A stretch of DNA of 64,000 nucleotides. It comes from Candidatus Woesearchaeota archaeon. Lineage in GTDB: Archaea; Nanobdellota; Nanobdellia; Woesearchaeales; JABGUJ01. Below the pieces are notes generated by a model, which made no database searches, was not told where the DNA came from, and worked only from the letters and a program-made list of their open reading frames with translations. Made by a program: the position numbers and the translations under genes. Below, piece after piece: positions 41,435 through 50,971 of the stretch. The DNA lies in the NCBI GenBank assembly GCA_018646625.1, contig JABGUJ010000004.1, forward strand, positions 62,001 through 126,000. Reading direction: 5' to 3'. Each line of letters starts with the position of its first letter. Position 1 is the first letter of the stretch.

Positions 41435-41731
41435 TTACTTTATTTTCTTATCAAGAATTTTATACATGGTAATAATCCAGAAAGGGATAATCAAAATGAA
41501 CAAATACTCTTCGATGGGCATCAAACCAATCTTTATTCCTATTAAACCAGGCCCTGGAAAGTCCCAATGTCCTCTAAAAATAGCGAATGAATCCCATAGA
41601 ATCCCTATCACAAAGAAAACTAAAGTAACAATGATTCTTTCTTTTCGAGAGTGATACAAATGCACCCGATACTTCCACTCGATAAATAGACCGACGGCCA
41701 ACAAAACAAGTAAGATTATCAAATACTCCAT
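41435..41731 (-). CDS. Lycopene cyclase domain-containing membrane protein
   Basis: 98 aa, three hydrophobic segments, WDSFAI.RGHWDF...IGIKIGLMPIEEYLF signature. Confidence 0.8.
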   Translation of the reverse strand: MEYLIILLVLLAVGLFIEWKYRVHLYHSRKERIIVTLVFFVIGILWDSFAIFRGHWDFPGPGLIGIKIGLMPIEEYLFILIIPFWIITMYKILDKKIK

Positions 41732-41766
41732 ACTCTAGATAATCTTTAAAGCATATATAAATATTT

Positions 41767-43173
41767 TCAATACTTATAATGCTCTGGCTTATATGGTCCT
41801 TCTTTAGGATAACCTAAGTAAGATGCCTGATCATCGCTCAAGGTAGTTAACTTAACACCTAACTTAGCCAAATGCAATCTAGCAACTTCTTCATCAAGTT
41901 TCTTTGGTAGCATGTAAACACCAACTTCATACTCATTCTGCCACAATTCGATCTGTGCCAACACTTGATTACTAAACGAGTTACTCATTACAAAACTTGG
42001 ATGTCCTGTTGCATTACCTAGATTCACTAGTCTACCACGAGAAAGCATGATAATTGAATGTCCGTCTTCAAAGATAAACTTGTCAACTTGCGGTTTAATG
42101 TTTAGTTCTTTAACGCCTGGATATTCTTCAAGCTGTTCTATTTGAATCTCATTGTCAAAGTGACCTATGTTACAAACAATTGTCTCATCTTTCATCTTTG
42201 ACATGTGATCTGCAGTGATAACATCTTTATTGCCTGTTGCAGTAACAAAGATATTTCCTTCTGCTAAAGCATCTTCAACCGTCATTACTCGATATCCTTC
42301 CATTGCAGCTTGTAAAGCACAAATTGGATCAATTTCAGTTACAATTACGTTTGCACCAAATCCTTTCATAGATTGCGCACAACCTTTACCTACGTCACCA
42401 TAACCACATACAACCACAGTTTTACCTGCGATCATAACATCAGTTCCTCTCTTTATACCGTCTGCAAGACTCTCTCTACACCCATATAAGTTATCGAACT
42501 TTGACTTAGTTACAGAATCGTTAACATTGATTGCTGGAAACAAAAGTGATTTATCTTCCATCATTTGATACAATCTATGAACGCCGGTAGTTGTTTCTTC
42601 AGAAACTCCTTTGATTTTCTCTGCCATCTTTGTCCATTTCTGAGAACTAGCATCAAAACCTTCTTTCAAAGTTTGCATAACAACGTTTAACTCTTTATTT
42701 CCTGTATCTTTTTCTAGAATTGAAGGATCTTTTTCTGCTTCCACGCCTTTATGAACCATCATTGTTGCGTCTCCGCCATCATCTACTATCAAGTCAGGTC
42801 CGGAACCATCTGAGAAAGTTAAAGCTTTCTTAGTACATTCCCAATACTCTTCTAATGTTTCGCCTTTCCATGCAAATACTGCAACTCCTGTTTTTGCAAT
42901 TGCCGCCGCCGCATGATCTTGCGTAGAATAAATGTTACATGATACCCATCTAACTTCTGCACCTAAATCGACCAGTGTTTCAATTAGTACTGCTGTTTGT
43001 ATAGTCATGTGCAATGAACCCATAATCTTTGCACCTGCAAATGGTTTTTCACTTGCATGCTTCTTTCTTATTGCCATTAAACCTGGCATTTCTTTTTCTG
43101 CCATATCAATTTCTTTTCTTCCAAATTCTGCTAAAGAAATGTCTCTTACTTTGTAATTTTCAGTTTCATCCAT
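41767..43173 (-). CDS. ahcY: Adenosylhomocysteinase (S-adenosyl-L-homocysteine hydrolase)
   Basis: [84 protein letters not shown]. Start moved to ATG 43173 because GGGTGA lies 5 nt upstream. Confidence 0.98.
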   Translation of the reverse strand: MDETENYKVRDISLAEFGRKEIDMAEKEMPGLMAIRKKHASEKPFAGAKIMGSLHMTIQTAVLIETLVDLGAEVRWVSCNIYSTQDHAAAAIAKTGVAVFAWKGETLEEYWECTKKALTFSDGSGPDLIVDDGGDATMMVHKGVEAEKDPSILEKDTGNKELNVVMQTLKEGFDASSQKWTKMAEKIKGVSEETTTGVHRLYQMMEDKSLLFPAINVNDSVTKSKFDNLYGCRESLADGIKRGTDVMIAGKTVVVCGYGDVGKGCAQSMKGFGANVIVTEIDPICALQAAMEGYRVMTVEDALAEGNIFVTATGNKDVITADHMSKMKDETIVCNIGHFDNEIQIEQLEEYPGVKELNIKPQVDKFIFEDGHSIIMLSRGRLVNLGNATGHPSFVMSNSFSNQVLAQIELWQNEYEVGVYMLPKKLDEEVARLHLAKLGVKLTTLSDDQASYLGYPKEGPYKPEHYKY

Positions 43174-43250
43174 ACTATTCACCCATTTAATCTATTTGAT
43201 AGACCTTCAGCCATTGTACATATTATTATATATTTCGCAAATGAATATAC

Positions 43251-43287
43251 CATTTGTCCAATAAATATACGAAAAGGTAGACAAATA
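43251..43287. promoter_or_regulatory. Inverted repeat (ATTTGTC...GACAAAT) just upstream of the TATA box of the hypothetical-MFS-Lrp cluster; possible Lrp operator
   Basis: catttgtcca-N17-tagacaaata lies between divergent ahcY and 43327; TATA ctttatatataaa at ~43296. Confidence 0.4.
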
Positions 43288-43326
43288 TAGGCATCTTTAT
43301 ATATAAATAGGACATCCCCTCCTGTT

Positions 43327-43578
43327 ATGGAGAAGCTAGCAAAATCATTCAAAACCATAGTAGAAAAATACGGCTTAAACGATGAAAAGAAGGCAGATGC
43401 GGTTGCGCATTATGTTACTAGTAAAGACACTAAACACTTTTCTCTAAAAGATTTCTGCGATGAATTCAACATGGAACCAAGAGATGCAGAGTTATTTCTA
43501 GAATTTATCTACAAAGGAATTGAGTTCAGAGAACAAAATTTAACGAACGCAAATGACCTTGAGAAAAAAAGCTCTTGA
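43327..43578 (+). CDS. Small hypothetical protein (83 aa)
   Basis: ATG ~31 nt after a TATA box; its end overlaps the start of the MFS gene. Confidence 0.7.
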   Translation: MEKLAKSFKTIVEKYGLNDEKKADAVAHYVTSKDTKHFSLKDFCDEFNMEPRDAELFLEFIYKGIEFREQNLTNANDLEKKSS

Positions 43579-44740
43579 AGCTAACATCTGGAAATACTAC
43601 GCTTTAGGTTTCATACGGATGTTTATGTTAATTATGCCAATCATAGTTATTTTCTTTCAAGAAAATGGCTTAAACATGGCAGAAGTTATGATTCTTCAAG
43701 CGGCATTTTCTGTTACTGTTGCAATAATGGAACTGCCTTCTGGTTTCTTAGCAGATGTTTTAACTAGAAAAACAACTTTAATCATTGGTTTCATCTTAAG
43801 CTTCCTTGGATTCTTATCATATTCTCTCTCATACAGTTTCTTGGGTTTTTTAATTGCGGAAATTGTTTTAGGCTTTGGGTCTAGTTTCATTTCCGGTACT
43901 GACTCCGCATTAATGTATGATACTCTAATAGAAATAAAGAAAGAGAAGAAGTACAAAGAAATTGAAGGTAAAGCAATGATGTTCAGAGGCTTTGCTGAAG
44001 CAACTGCTGCAATCATTGGAGGATTATTGGCCATTGTAAGCTTAAGACTTCCTTTTGTAATAGAATCATGCATTATGTTCTTTTGTATTCCTTTGGCATT
44101 CATGATAACAGAGCCGAAAAGGAAACGTTTCAGTCACAAAAAAGGTTATGCGTATGGTTTATACAAAATATTGAGATTTGCCCTCTACAAAAACAAGAAT
44201 GTGAAGTGGTTAATAATCTATAGCTCGATCATTTCAACATGTACTCTTGTAGCTGTCTGGTTTTATCAACCATACTTCCAGTTAGTTGGCTTACCTTTAG
44301 TATACTTTGGAATAACTTGGGCGGCGATTAACTTTTCTGTAGGGATATTCTCAAAATATGCGTACGACATAGAGAAAAAGTTAGGAAAAAGAAATTCATT
44401 CCTTATACTCATCCCATTAATTGTTGTAGCCTACTTAATCATGGGTAATGTAGTATTCCTACCCTCAATACTTTGTGTAATCATCTTTGCATTTGTACGG
44501 GGATTATCAAATCCGGTTATGCAAGATTACATCAACCAAGTAACATACTCCGATAAGCGAGCTACAGTAATGTCACTCAAGAATTTAGTTGGAAGAATTA
44601 TCTTTGTAATATTCTCTCCATTTATTGGTTGGTTCGCGGATGTATACACAATACCTGTCGCGCTATCTCTCTCTGCCGCATTTGCATTAGTCTTTGGCGG
44701 AGTAGCAATAATATTCCTAAGAAAACACGAGGTTATCTAA
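43553..44740 (+). CDS. MFS transporter
   Basis: About 12 hydrophobic segments; ELPSGFLADVLTRK (motif A-like), SGTDSALMYD, KRATVMS. Confidence 0.92.
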   Translation: MTLRKKALEANIWKYYALGFIRMFMLIMPIIVIFFQENGLNMAEVMILQAAFSVTVAIMELPSGFLADVLTRKTTLIIGFILSFLGFLSYSLSYSFLGFLIAEIVLGFGSSFISGTDSALMYDTLIEIKKEKKYKEIEGKAMMFRGFAEATAAIIGGLLAIVSLRLPFVIESCIMFFCIPLAFMITEPKRKRFSHKKGYAYGLYKILRFALYKNKNVKWLIIYSSIISTCTLVAVWFYQPYFQLVGLPLVYFGITWAAINFSVGIFSKYAYDIEKKLGKRNSFLILIPLIVVAYLIMGNVVFLPSILCVIIFAFVRGLSNPVMQDYINQVTYSDKRATVMSLKNLVGRIIFVIFSPFIGWFADVYTIPVALSLSAAFALVFGGVAIIFLRKHEVI

Positions 44741-45160
44741 ATGAGATTAGATGATAAAGATCACAAAATTATAAACGTACTAAAAAAGAATTCTCGAGAA
44801 CCAATCAGAGAGATCGCCAAAAAAACAAAACTACGTCCAAGCACAGTTCATGTTAGAATAAGAAAACTAGTTGCCGAAGGTGTAATAGACAAGTTCACTC
44901 TAAAGCTGAATAACGAGTTGATGGATGAAGGTTTTATTGCCATTATTCTGCTAAACACTGACAATCTTGATCCTAAAGTGATCTCAAACAAACAAGTAAA
45001 AGAAATATTTGGGATAACTGGTGAGTATGACATATTAATGAAGGCCAAATTCAAAGGTGTTTCTGAGTTCAACGATTTTGTTCTGGCTTTGAGAAAGCTA
45101 TACAACATCAAACAAACCTTATCTATGGTGGTTACAGCCAATATAAAGGAAGATATATGA
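44741..45160 (+). CDS. Lrp/AsnC family transcriptional regulator
   Basis: LDDKDHKIINVLKKNSR..IREIAK..STVHVRIRKL..EGVI HTH; ITGEYDIL. Confidence 0.93.
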   Translation: MRLDDKDHKIINVLKKNSREPIREIAKKTKLRPSTVHVRIRKLVAEGVIDKFTLKLNNELMDEGFIAIILLNTDNLDPKVISNKQVKEIFGITGEYDILMKAKFKGVSEFNDFVLALRKLYNIKQTLSMVVTANIKEDI

Positions 45161-45214
45161 TTTTCAAAACCTTTAAATACACCCAATTTCTCACTCTCGT
45201 TAGGGGGTTATTTC

Positions 45215-46066
45215 ATGAGCAAAGGATTGGTGATTGCAAGTTTATTAACATTGATTATTCTGATTTCCGGTTGTGCCGGCAATAGTATTCTATCATCTGA
45301 GAAGGAAGTAACTGGTTTAGCAGTAGCTTCTATGTGTGTAGATAACGATAAAGGATTAGCATATGATGTTAAAAGTTATGTTATCTTCGAAGGAGAAGAT
45401 TTTCATGATAGATGTTATGATGATGATACTGTCATAGAGTATTATTGTAAAGATGATGCGAAGGTTGGTAGAAAACACATTTGTGACTCTGGTTGTTATG
45501 AAGGTGTTTGTGCAGAGATTGTTGAAGAAATCATTCTAGAAGATGGTGAAGAAATGTCATCATCTGAAGAGATTGTCAACACTACAACTACAACAATAGA
45601 AACTTCTCAGCTTAATGAAGTTACTGTAGATCTTATCAAAGGAGATTGTGTTTGTACTCAACAACTTAACCCTGCTTGCGGTACTGATGGATTAACATAC
45701 TACAACGCTTGTCACGCTAGATGCCTAGGTTCGGGTGTAAGGTACAAAGGCGAGTGTGATTCAACGGTTGATAAACCGGCTGAAGTGGCCGAATTAAATG
45801 GTACCTTGAAATGTACTAAAGATTCTGTGATTTATTTCGTAAAGAATAAATACCTCTATTTCACTGAAGAAGATGGTAGAGAAAGAGCATACTCGGCAAA
45901 CGGAGCATTTTCACGAGGCTTCGACAGTAGAAAATGGGTATACAATGCTCATATTAACAGAGTATCAAACTTTTATCAAGAATTTTTGAAATTTTCAGAA
46001 GACGTTTGTAAGAACACTGGAGACGTTCCCGAAGATTTCGAAGAATTCCTTAAATTGTACAGTTAA
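45215..46066 (+). CDS. Lipoprotein with Kazal-type serine-protease-inhibitor domain
   Basis: LISGC lipobox; CVCTQQLNPACGTDGLTYYNACHARC...YKGEC Kazal pattern; additional Cys-rich CVDND..D.C..IEYYC..C..GC..G.C domain. Confidence 0.82.
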   Translation: MSKGLVIASLLTLIILISGCAGNSILSSEKEVTGLAVASMCVDNDKGLAYDVKSYVIFEGEDFHDRCYDDDTVIEYYCKDDAKVGRKHICDSGCYEGVCAEIVEEIILEDGEEMSSSEEIVNTTTTTIETSQLNEVTVDLIKGDCVCTQQLNPACGTDGLTYYNACHARCLGSGVRYKGECDSTVDKPAEVAELNGTLKCTKDSVIYFVKNKYLYFTEEDGRERAYSANGAFSRGFDSRKWVYNAHINRVSNFYQEFLKFSEDVCKNTGDVPEDFEEFLKLYS

Positions 46067-46444
46067 ATGGCAACTAAAAAAAAGAGGGTGAAAGCTCGAG
46101 TAGTATTTGACGAAGTCAAAAAAGAACGCTACAAACGAGGTTTCTTTGCATTAACTTTCGCTAAACTACTTTGGTTTCTATTGTTAATGGTTGTACCTGT
46201 TTGTTTATGGGTTGCAAATATTAAGTTAGTAAGTCAATTGGGCGTACAAATCATCTTTGGATTGTTAATGGTTCCTTTAGATATCGTATGGCTATTCTTT
46301 GCTTATTTCTTCGCATGCGGTTTTGCATGGATCGGAAAGAAAAGCGGATTCCTTGGCTTTGTTATCTTTAGTGTTTACTTGGTAATACACTTATCACTTC
46401 TAGCGATAATACTTCTTATCCATTTATTTGCAGGATTAATATAG
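46067..46444 (+). CDS. Hypothetical membrane protein (3 TM)
   Basis: Basic N-terminus plus three hydrophobic segments; abuts both neighbours. Confidence 0.75.
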   Translation: MATKKKRVKARVVFDEVKKERYKRGFFALTFAKLLWFLLLMVVPVCLWVANIKLVSQLGVQIIFGLLMVPLDIVWLFFAYFFACGFAWIGKKSGFLGFVIFSVYLVIHLSLLAIILLIHLFAGLI

Positions 46445-46447
46445 AGA

Positions 46448-47059
46448 ATGATAAATGCTTTAATCTTCGACTGGGCTGGCACTTTACAGAATAACATCGA
46501 TGTTTATGTAGAACTGTGCGGTGTTATCTTTAAGAAATTAGGAAAAACACCTATTAGCAAGGAAGAGATAAGACAAAACATTACTATTCCGTATATGAAC
46601 TTCTGGAATAAATACTTCCCAGACATGACTCTTGAAAAACAGAATAAACTTTATGCGGAAACAATCATCTCTTTGGATAAATCTCAATTATATGATGGGG
46701 TGAAGGAGACTCTTGAACACTTATCGCAAAAAGGCATCAAATTGTTTGTGGTAAGTTCGGAAATGTCTTTCACACTTTTACCTGAAGCAAAAAGAGGGAA
46801 CCTGCTTGATTTATTTACTGAAGTCATCGCGGATGTACACGAAAAAGAAGAGTCGATAAAAGAGGTTATCGCTAAACACAATCTTGATCCTGAAAAAACA
46901 GCTTACGTCGGTGATACGGATGGCGATATTATTGCTGGGAAAACCTGTGGTGTTAAAACTATAGCCATAACTTGGGGTATGCAAGCCAAAGAACCACTAA
47001 CTGCATCTAATCCAGACATTATGATTGACGATATTAAAGAAATACTAGACTTAGTCTAA
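46448..47059 (+). CDS. HAD-family hydrolase (phosphoglycolate-phosphatase-like)
   Basis: LIFDWAGTL (DxDGT variant), VVSS, YVGDTDGDIIAGKTCG, ITWG. Confidence 0.88.
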   Translation: MINALIFDWAGTLQNNIDVYVELCGVIFKKLGKTPISKEEIRQNITIPYMNFWNKYFPDMTLEKQNKLYAETIISLDKSQLYDGVKETLEHLSQKGIKLFVVSSEMSFTLLPEAKRGNLLDLFTEVIADVHEKEESIKEVIAKHNLDPEKTAYVGDTDGDIIAGKTCGVKTIAITWGMQAKEPLTASNPDIMIDDIKEILDLV

Positions 47060-48036
47060 ATCTTATCAATTTCTTCTTTAATAGAATATTCTAATTTGGC
47101 GCCAATCTGTTGTACAATCTTAGACGCAACCAAATTTCCTGACGCTGCACACTTATCTAAACTTTTACCTTGAGTAAATGCATATAAGAATCCTGCCGCA
47201 AACAAGTCGCCAGCACCTGTCGTATCAACAGCGTCAACAACATGCCCTTGAACATTATACACATCAGATCCACTTTTAACTAGTGCTCCTTTCTTACCTA
47301 ATTTAACAATTGCAATCTCAACGTTTTCTGCAACTTTATGCACAGCTTCTTCCGCACCAACACCTGAGAAAACTTCTGCTTCACTTTCATTCAAGAATAG
47401 AATATCTGCATGCTCATTAACAATCTTACGCAAATCGTCAATATTTCTTCTAATCAACTCAGGATCCGCTAAGTCTATAGCTACTTTAACATTATTTTCT
47501 TTAGCAATTGAAATTGCATGTAAAGCAGCCTCGCGAAGATTTGGAGCTTCCAAAACATAACCAGTCAAATAAATAACTTTACTTTTCACAATATCTTCTT
47601 CAAACACATCTTGTTTTTGCAAAGTGATTGCGGCACCCAAATGAGTTGCCATTGTTCTCTCTGAATCTGGCGTGATAAAACTAATCACCTGACCAGTACT
47701 TTGTGCACTTGTTCGAACCAAGCACGATTTTATATTATCTTTAGTAATAACATCTTCATAGATGTCTCCTCGATCATCACTTCCAATCTTACCACACAAC
47801 ACACATTTTCCTCCTAGATTAGCCACACCCATTACGGTATTAGGGCAAGCCCCGGCTGGAGTTATTTTAATGTCTTGTTTAGACACTTCATCATAAAGCT
47901 GATTAGCTCTTTCTTTATCGATAAGATGCATAGTACCTTTCTTTAAATCTAGTTCAATAAGTTTATCAGATTCAACTTTGATAAGAATATCAATCAACGG
48001 ATTTCCAATGCCAAACACATCAAATTCTTTTTCCAT
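47056..48036 (-). CDS. PfkB-family carbohydrate kinase, adenosine-kinase-like
   Basis: GIGNPLIDI, LKKGTMHLI, ITPDSERTMATHLGAA, DTTGAGDLFAAGFL. Confidence 0.92.
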   Translation of the reverse strand: MEKEFDVFGIGNPLIDILIKVESDKLIELDLKKGTMHLIDKERANQLYDEVSKQDIKITPAGACPNTVMGVANLGGKCVLCGKIGSDDRGDIYEDVITKDNIKSCLVRTSAQSTGQVISFITPDSERTMATHLGAAITLQKQDVFEEDIVKSKVIYLTGYVLEAPNLREAALHAISIAKENNVKVAIDLADPELIRRNIDDLRKIVNEHADILFLNESEAEVFSGVGAEEAVHKVAENVEIAIVKLGKKGALVKSGSDVYNVQGHVVDAVDTTGAGDLFAAGFLYAFTQGKSLDKCAASGNLVASKIVQQIGAKLEYSIKEEIDKI

Positions 48037-48069
48037 AACTCAGAAACTACTTGTCCCCTTTATAAAGAT

Positions 48070-48086
48070 TCTGGAATCCTTCCAGA
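48070..48086. promoter_or_regulatory. Perfect 7-bp inverted repeat between divergent promoters
   Basis: TCTGGAA-tcc-TTCCAGA lies between the TATA boxes of the kinase (tttataaa ~48059) and the nuclease (tatttaa ~48102). Confidence 0.4.
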
Positions 48087-48131
48087 TCATCCACCCAAAA
48101 CTATTTAACGCTCTCTTAATTCCAAAGAAAA

Positions 48132-48941
48132 ATGACTGATAGAAAACTTTCTCCGAGCAGCATAAATACGTACATGCAATGCCCTAAGAAATATTACTAT
48201 CATTACATAGAACAACTCCCAACCAAACCTTCGATACATCTTCTGATGGGTAGCATAGTTCACAAGGTTTTAGAGGAATTCTTCAATCGAAAACACAACA
48301 TGACTGGTTCCTACCGAGAGAACCTAAAACAAGCAATAACTATTTTGCTTGAGAACTATTGGGACATATCTGAATTAAAGCTTCCTGAAGAGGAACAAGC
48401 ACTTTATAGGAGCCAAGCAACGCGCATGGTTAATAATTTTATTGCCAGATTTATTAATCAGATTGATATGCTTATAGAATCGAAAAAAGCAGTAGATCCT
48501 AATCATGCATTTAACTTAATTAAACCAAAACTAAAAGAGAAATACTACTCAGATGATCACTTAAATATTCACGGTTACGTTGATTCAATAGAAAAAGATT
48601 TCGATGGTAACATCACTTTAATTGACTACAAAACATCGCAAAAATACAAGAATGTTCTAAATCCAGACTATAAAAGACAATTGGCAATTTATGCTTTACT
48701 ATATCAAAAAGAAGAAGGCCACCTTCCGCAACTTGTCGGTATACATTATCTAAGATACGGTGAAGTTTTCTTTGTAGAAGTCACTCCCGAATTAGTAACT
48801 TGGGCCGAAGGCGAAGTAAAATTTGTTTCTGAAAAGGTAAAAACCAAAGAAATAGTGGATTATGATCGAAAACCATCAAAATTATGCAGATGGTGTGATT
48901 TCTATGATGTTTGTTGGAAAGGAGAAGTACCTCCATACTAA
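48132..48941 (+). CDS. PD-(D/E)XK nuclease, RecB/AddB/Cas4-like, with probable Fe-S cluster
   Basis: LSPSSINTYMQCPKKY, GSIVHKVLE, GYVDSI, IDYKT, QLAIYA and C-terminal CRWCDFYDVC (1+3 Cys). Confidence 0.9.
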   Translation: MTDRKLSPSSINTYMQCPKKYYYHYIEQLPTKPSIHLLMGSIVHKVLEEFFNRKHNMTGSYRENLKQAITILLENYWDISELKLPEEEQALYRSQATRMVNNFIARFINQIDMLIESKKAVDPNHAFNLIKPKLKEKYYSDDHLNIHGYVDSIEKDFDGNITLIDYKTSQKYKNVLNPDYKRQLAIYALLYQKEEGHLPQLVGIHYLRYGEVFFVEVTPELVTWAEGEVKFVSEKVKTKEIVDYDRKPSKLCRWCDFYDVCWKGEVPPY

Positions 48942-48976
48942 AAATTTATAAACCCAAAACCACATTCATCAAAACT

Positions 48977-49135
48977 ATGGCAATATGCAGAAAAAACGAT
49001 TACTGCAAGTTTGGTATTGTAGTGGGTGATGAGACTGAAGGCAAAGATGATTCAGATTATGAATCAAAGCGATGCTTCAGATGCATGGCCACAAGCTACG
49101 ATCTGTTCGAACCTGTAGACGACGAAGAGGAATAA
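48977..49135 (+). CDS. Small Cys-rich acidic protein (52 aa), possible Zn binder
   Basis: ATG ~32 nt after TTTATAAA; MAICRKNDYC...CFRC. This start is preferred to the TTG at 48911. Confidence 0.6.
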   Translation: MAICRKNDYCKFGIVVGDETEGKDDSDYESKRCFRCMATSYDLFEPVDDEEE

Positions 49136-49142
49136 ACTCATT

Positions 49143-49721
49143 CTACCTTACAACTTTAGCATCCACATACTTGCTAGCTTCGTGATCTGAAAACTGGAAT
49201 GCATACACCGCAGGACACGATTTCGCAACCTTATGTTCATACACTTCCCACGCACCATCAAATTGAGCCATATGCCATCGCATTAATAATGCTTCATTCG
49301 GTGTTAATTCTATATGCTTTCCTGCCATCATTACTGATTTTTCGCCATGACCTAATGGCATTTCATCTTTAACAACATACGGCTTTGCTTCTGAAACTTT
49401 ACCCGACTTCAACACATTTGGTTTATAGGTGTTAACTTTGCACAAGTCATGTAGCAACGCAGCGATAGCCATTTCATCATCACCAACTTCCAGACCATAC
49501 ATAGCAACTTTTCCTCTAAATAATTGATAAACATTTAGCGAGTGCTCTGCCAATCCTCCTTCGTGACATCCATGAAAATCTGGACGAGATGATGCTGGAG
49601 CAGTGAAGTAATCACTCTGCTCTAACCAACCAACCAATCCATCTATTCCTTCTCTGCCAGTTTCTTGTAGTAATGAGATTATGTTAGCTTTATTTTCTTC
49701 TACTTTATCTACTAAACTCAT
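49143..49721 (-). CDS. HD-domain phosphohydrolase
   Basis: YFTAPASS..FHGCHEGGLAEHSLNVY, ALLHDLCK, PLGHGEKS, MRWHM; ATGA overlap with the ligase stop. Confidence 0.88.
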   Translation of the reverse strand: MSLVDKVEENKANIISLLQETGREGIDGLVGWLEQSDYFTAPASSRPDFHGCHEGGLAEHSLNVYQLFRGKVAMYGLEVGDDEMAIAALLHDLCKVNTYKPNVLKSGKVSEAKPYVVKDEMPLGHGEKSVMMAGKHIELTPNEALLMRWHMAQFDGAWEVYEHKVAKSCPAVYAFQFSDHEASKYVDAKVVR

Positions 49722-50869
49722 TTTGAACCCTCCTGCAATCTGTATAATGTTCTGACTGCGCTAGTCTTGGTGGCTTGCCTAGGACCTTTGTCATATCGTA
49801 CTTGATTAGCAAACCCAATTCTCATAGAAAATGCTCTTCCCTCATCTAATCCGCAAGTTTGCCAATTATTTGAATAGTTCAAGTTCATTGCCTTAACTTC
49901 CAACACTGCAGAACTCTCAGGATCAACATACAAGTCTGGAACATATTTGGAAAATGCATCTCTGTCAAGCTTTTCAGAGACAACCACATTACCTGGACGA
50001 GCATTTTGTAATTTATCGCCAATCAAAGCATTAATTTCATTAGCCAATCCGTTTCTTGTTGCTCCTATCTTACCGATTGTTTCATACTTTCCAGTTTCAT
50101 CATTGTAAGTAGCACACAATACTGAAGTAAACGGTAAATCTCTTCCATAATCTGCCGTGTAAACACCAATCACTACTAAGTCTAGTGGCTCAGAACGTTT
50201 GAACTTAACCCAATCAATTGTATTCCCTCCTGGAACATACTGTGAAGATGGATTTTTACAAACTCTACCTTCTTGCTTCTCTCCAAAACTTGACACAACC
50301 AGTTCTTCTAGTGCGTCTACTCCTTCAACAACTTCAATCTCTGAAGGAACAATTCCTGTTGAATCAAATCTCTCGGTGTATGCTCGTCGTTCACTTAAAG
50401 GAAGATACAGCGTACCTCTTTTCTCAAATCTGATTGTATCAAATACTCTTAGAGATAATGGTGTACCTTCAACAACTCCGCTTGTAAGATACTTTTCTAA
50501 ACTTTTGTCGCTTATTCCTGCACGTCTAAATCTTTTCTTTACATTGTCAAAAACTTCTTTATGTCCATTACCTTCTCCAACCAACTCTGCTTCTAAAATG
50601 CATTGTGGTAAAGATTCTGCGATCTTTACAATCTCAGGATAGCAAGCATAGTTTAACTCGTTACCATTCCTTGTAAAAACTTTTAATCCTCTTCCGCTCT
50701 TGTGAATCTGAACTCTATATCCGTCATACTTTATTTCTGAAAATGTTTTACCGCCATGCGCTTCCATTACTTCTTTGTAATCTGCATACATTGGTTGCAT
50801 TGTTGGAATAAATGTTCCAATTCTTGGTAGAGCTCTCGCTAATTTCTTATTCATGTATTTCACCACCAT
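49718..50869 (-). CDS. Minimal ATP-dependent DNA ligase (adenylation + OB domains, no N-terminal DNA-binding domain)
   Basis: EIKYDGYRVQIHK (motif I), FTRNG, VFDTI, EGRVCK, WVKFKR, LDLVVIG, VRYDK. Alternative start at ATG 50854 after GGTGGTGA. Confidence 0.88.
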   Translation of the reverse strand: MVVKYMNKKLARALPRIGTFIPTMQPMYADYKEVMEAHGGKTFSEIKYDGYRVQIHKSGRGLKVFTRNGNELNYACYPEIVKIAESLPQCILEAELVGEGNGHKEVFDNVKKRFRRAGISDKSLEKYLTSGVVEGTPLSLRVFDTIRFEKRGTLYLPLSERRAYTERFDSTGIVPSEIEVVEGVDALEELVVSSFGEKQEGRVCKNPSSQYVPGGNTIDWVKFKRSEPLDLVVIGVYTADYGRDLPFTSVLCATYNDETGKYETIGKIGATRNGLANEINALIGDKLQNARPGNVVVSEKLDRDAFSKYVPDLYVDPESSAVLEVKAMNLNYSNNWQTCGLDEGRAFSMRIGFANQVRYDKGPRQATKTSAVRTLYRLQEGSK

Positions 50870-50971
50870 AGGTTGTTTTTCTCTATTGGTGGTTATTAGT
50901 CAAAACAAATATATGAATAAGTGTGGTGACATTATTCACCTCAGAAATTAGCAAATAAACAAATTAAGTAC

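Noticed and set aside
41176..41654. ORFs 41176-41382 (-) and 41334-41654 (+)
   Set aside because: They overlap the tRNA and the lycopene-cyclase-domain gene and are most likely spurious.
41767..43173. Genome-wide UUG-to-Ser reassignment
   Set aside because: TTG codons occupy conserved Leu positions in AhcY (NQVLAQ, ARLHL).
48132..48941. CRISPR-Cas locus
   Set aside because: No repeat-spacer array or other cas gene was seen anywhere in the window.
49143..50869. Prophage or integrated mobile element around the ligase/HD genes
   Set aside because: No integrase, transposase, structural genes or flanking direct repeats were found.
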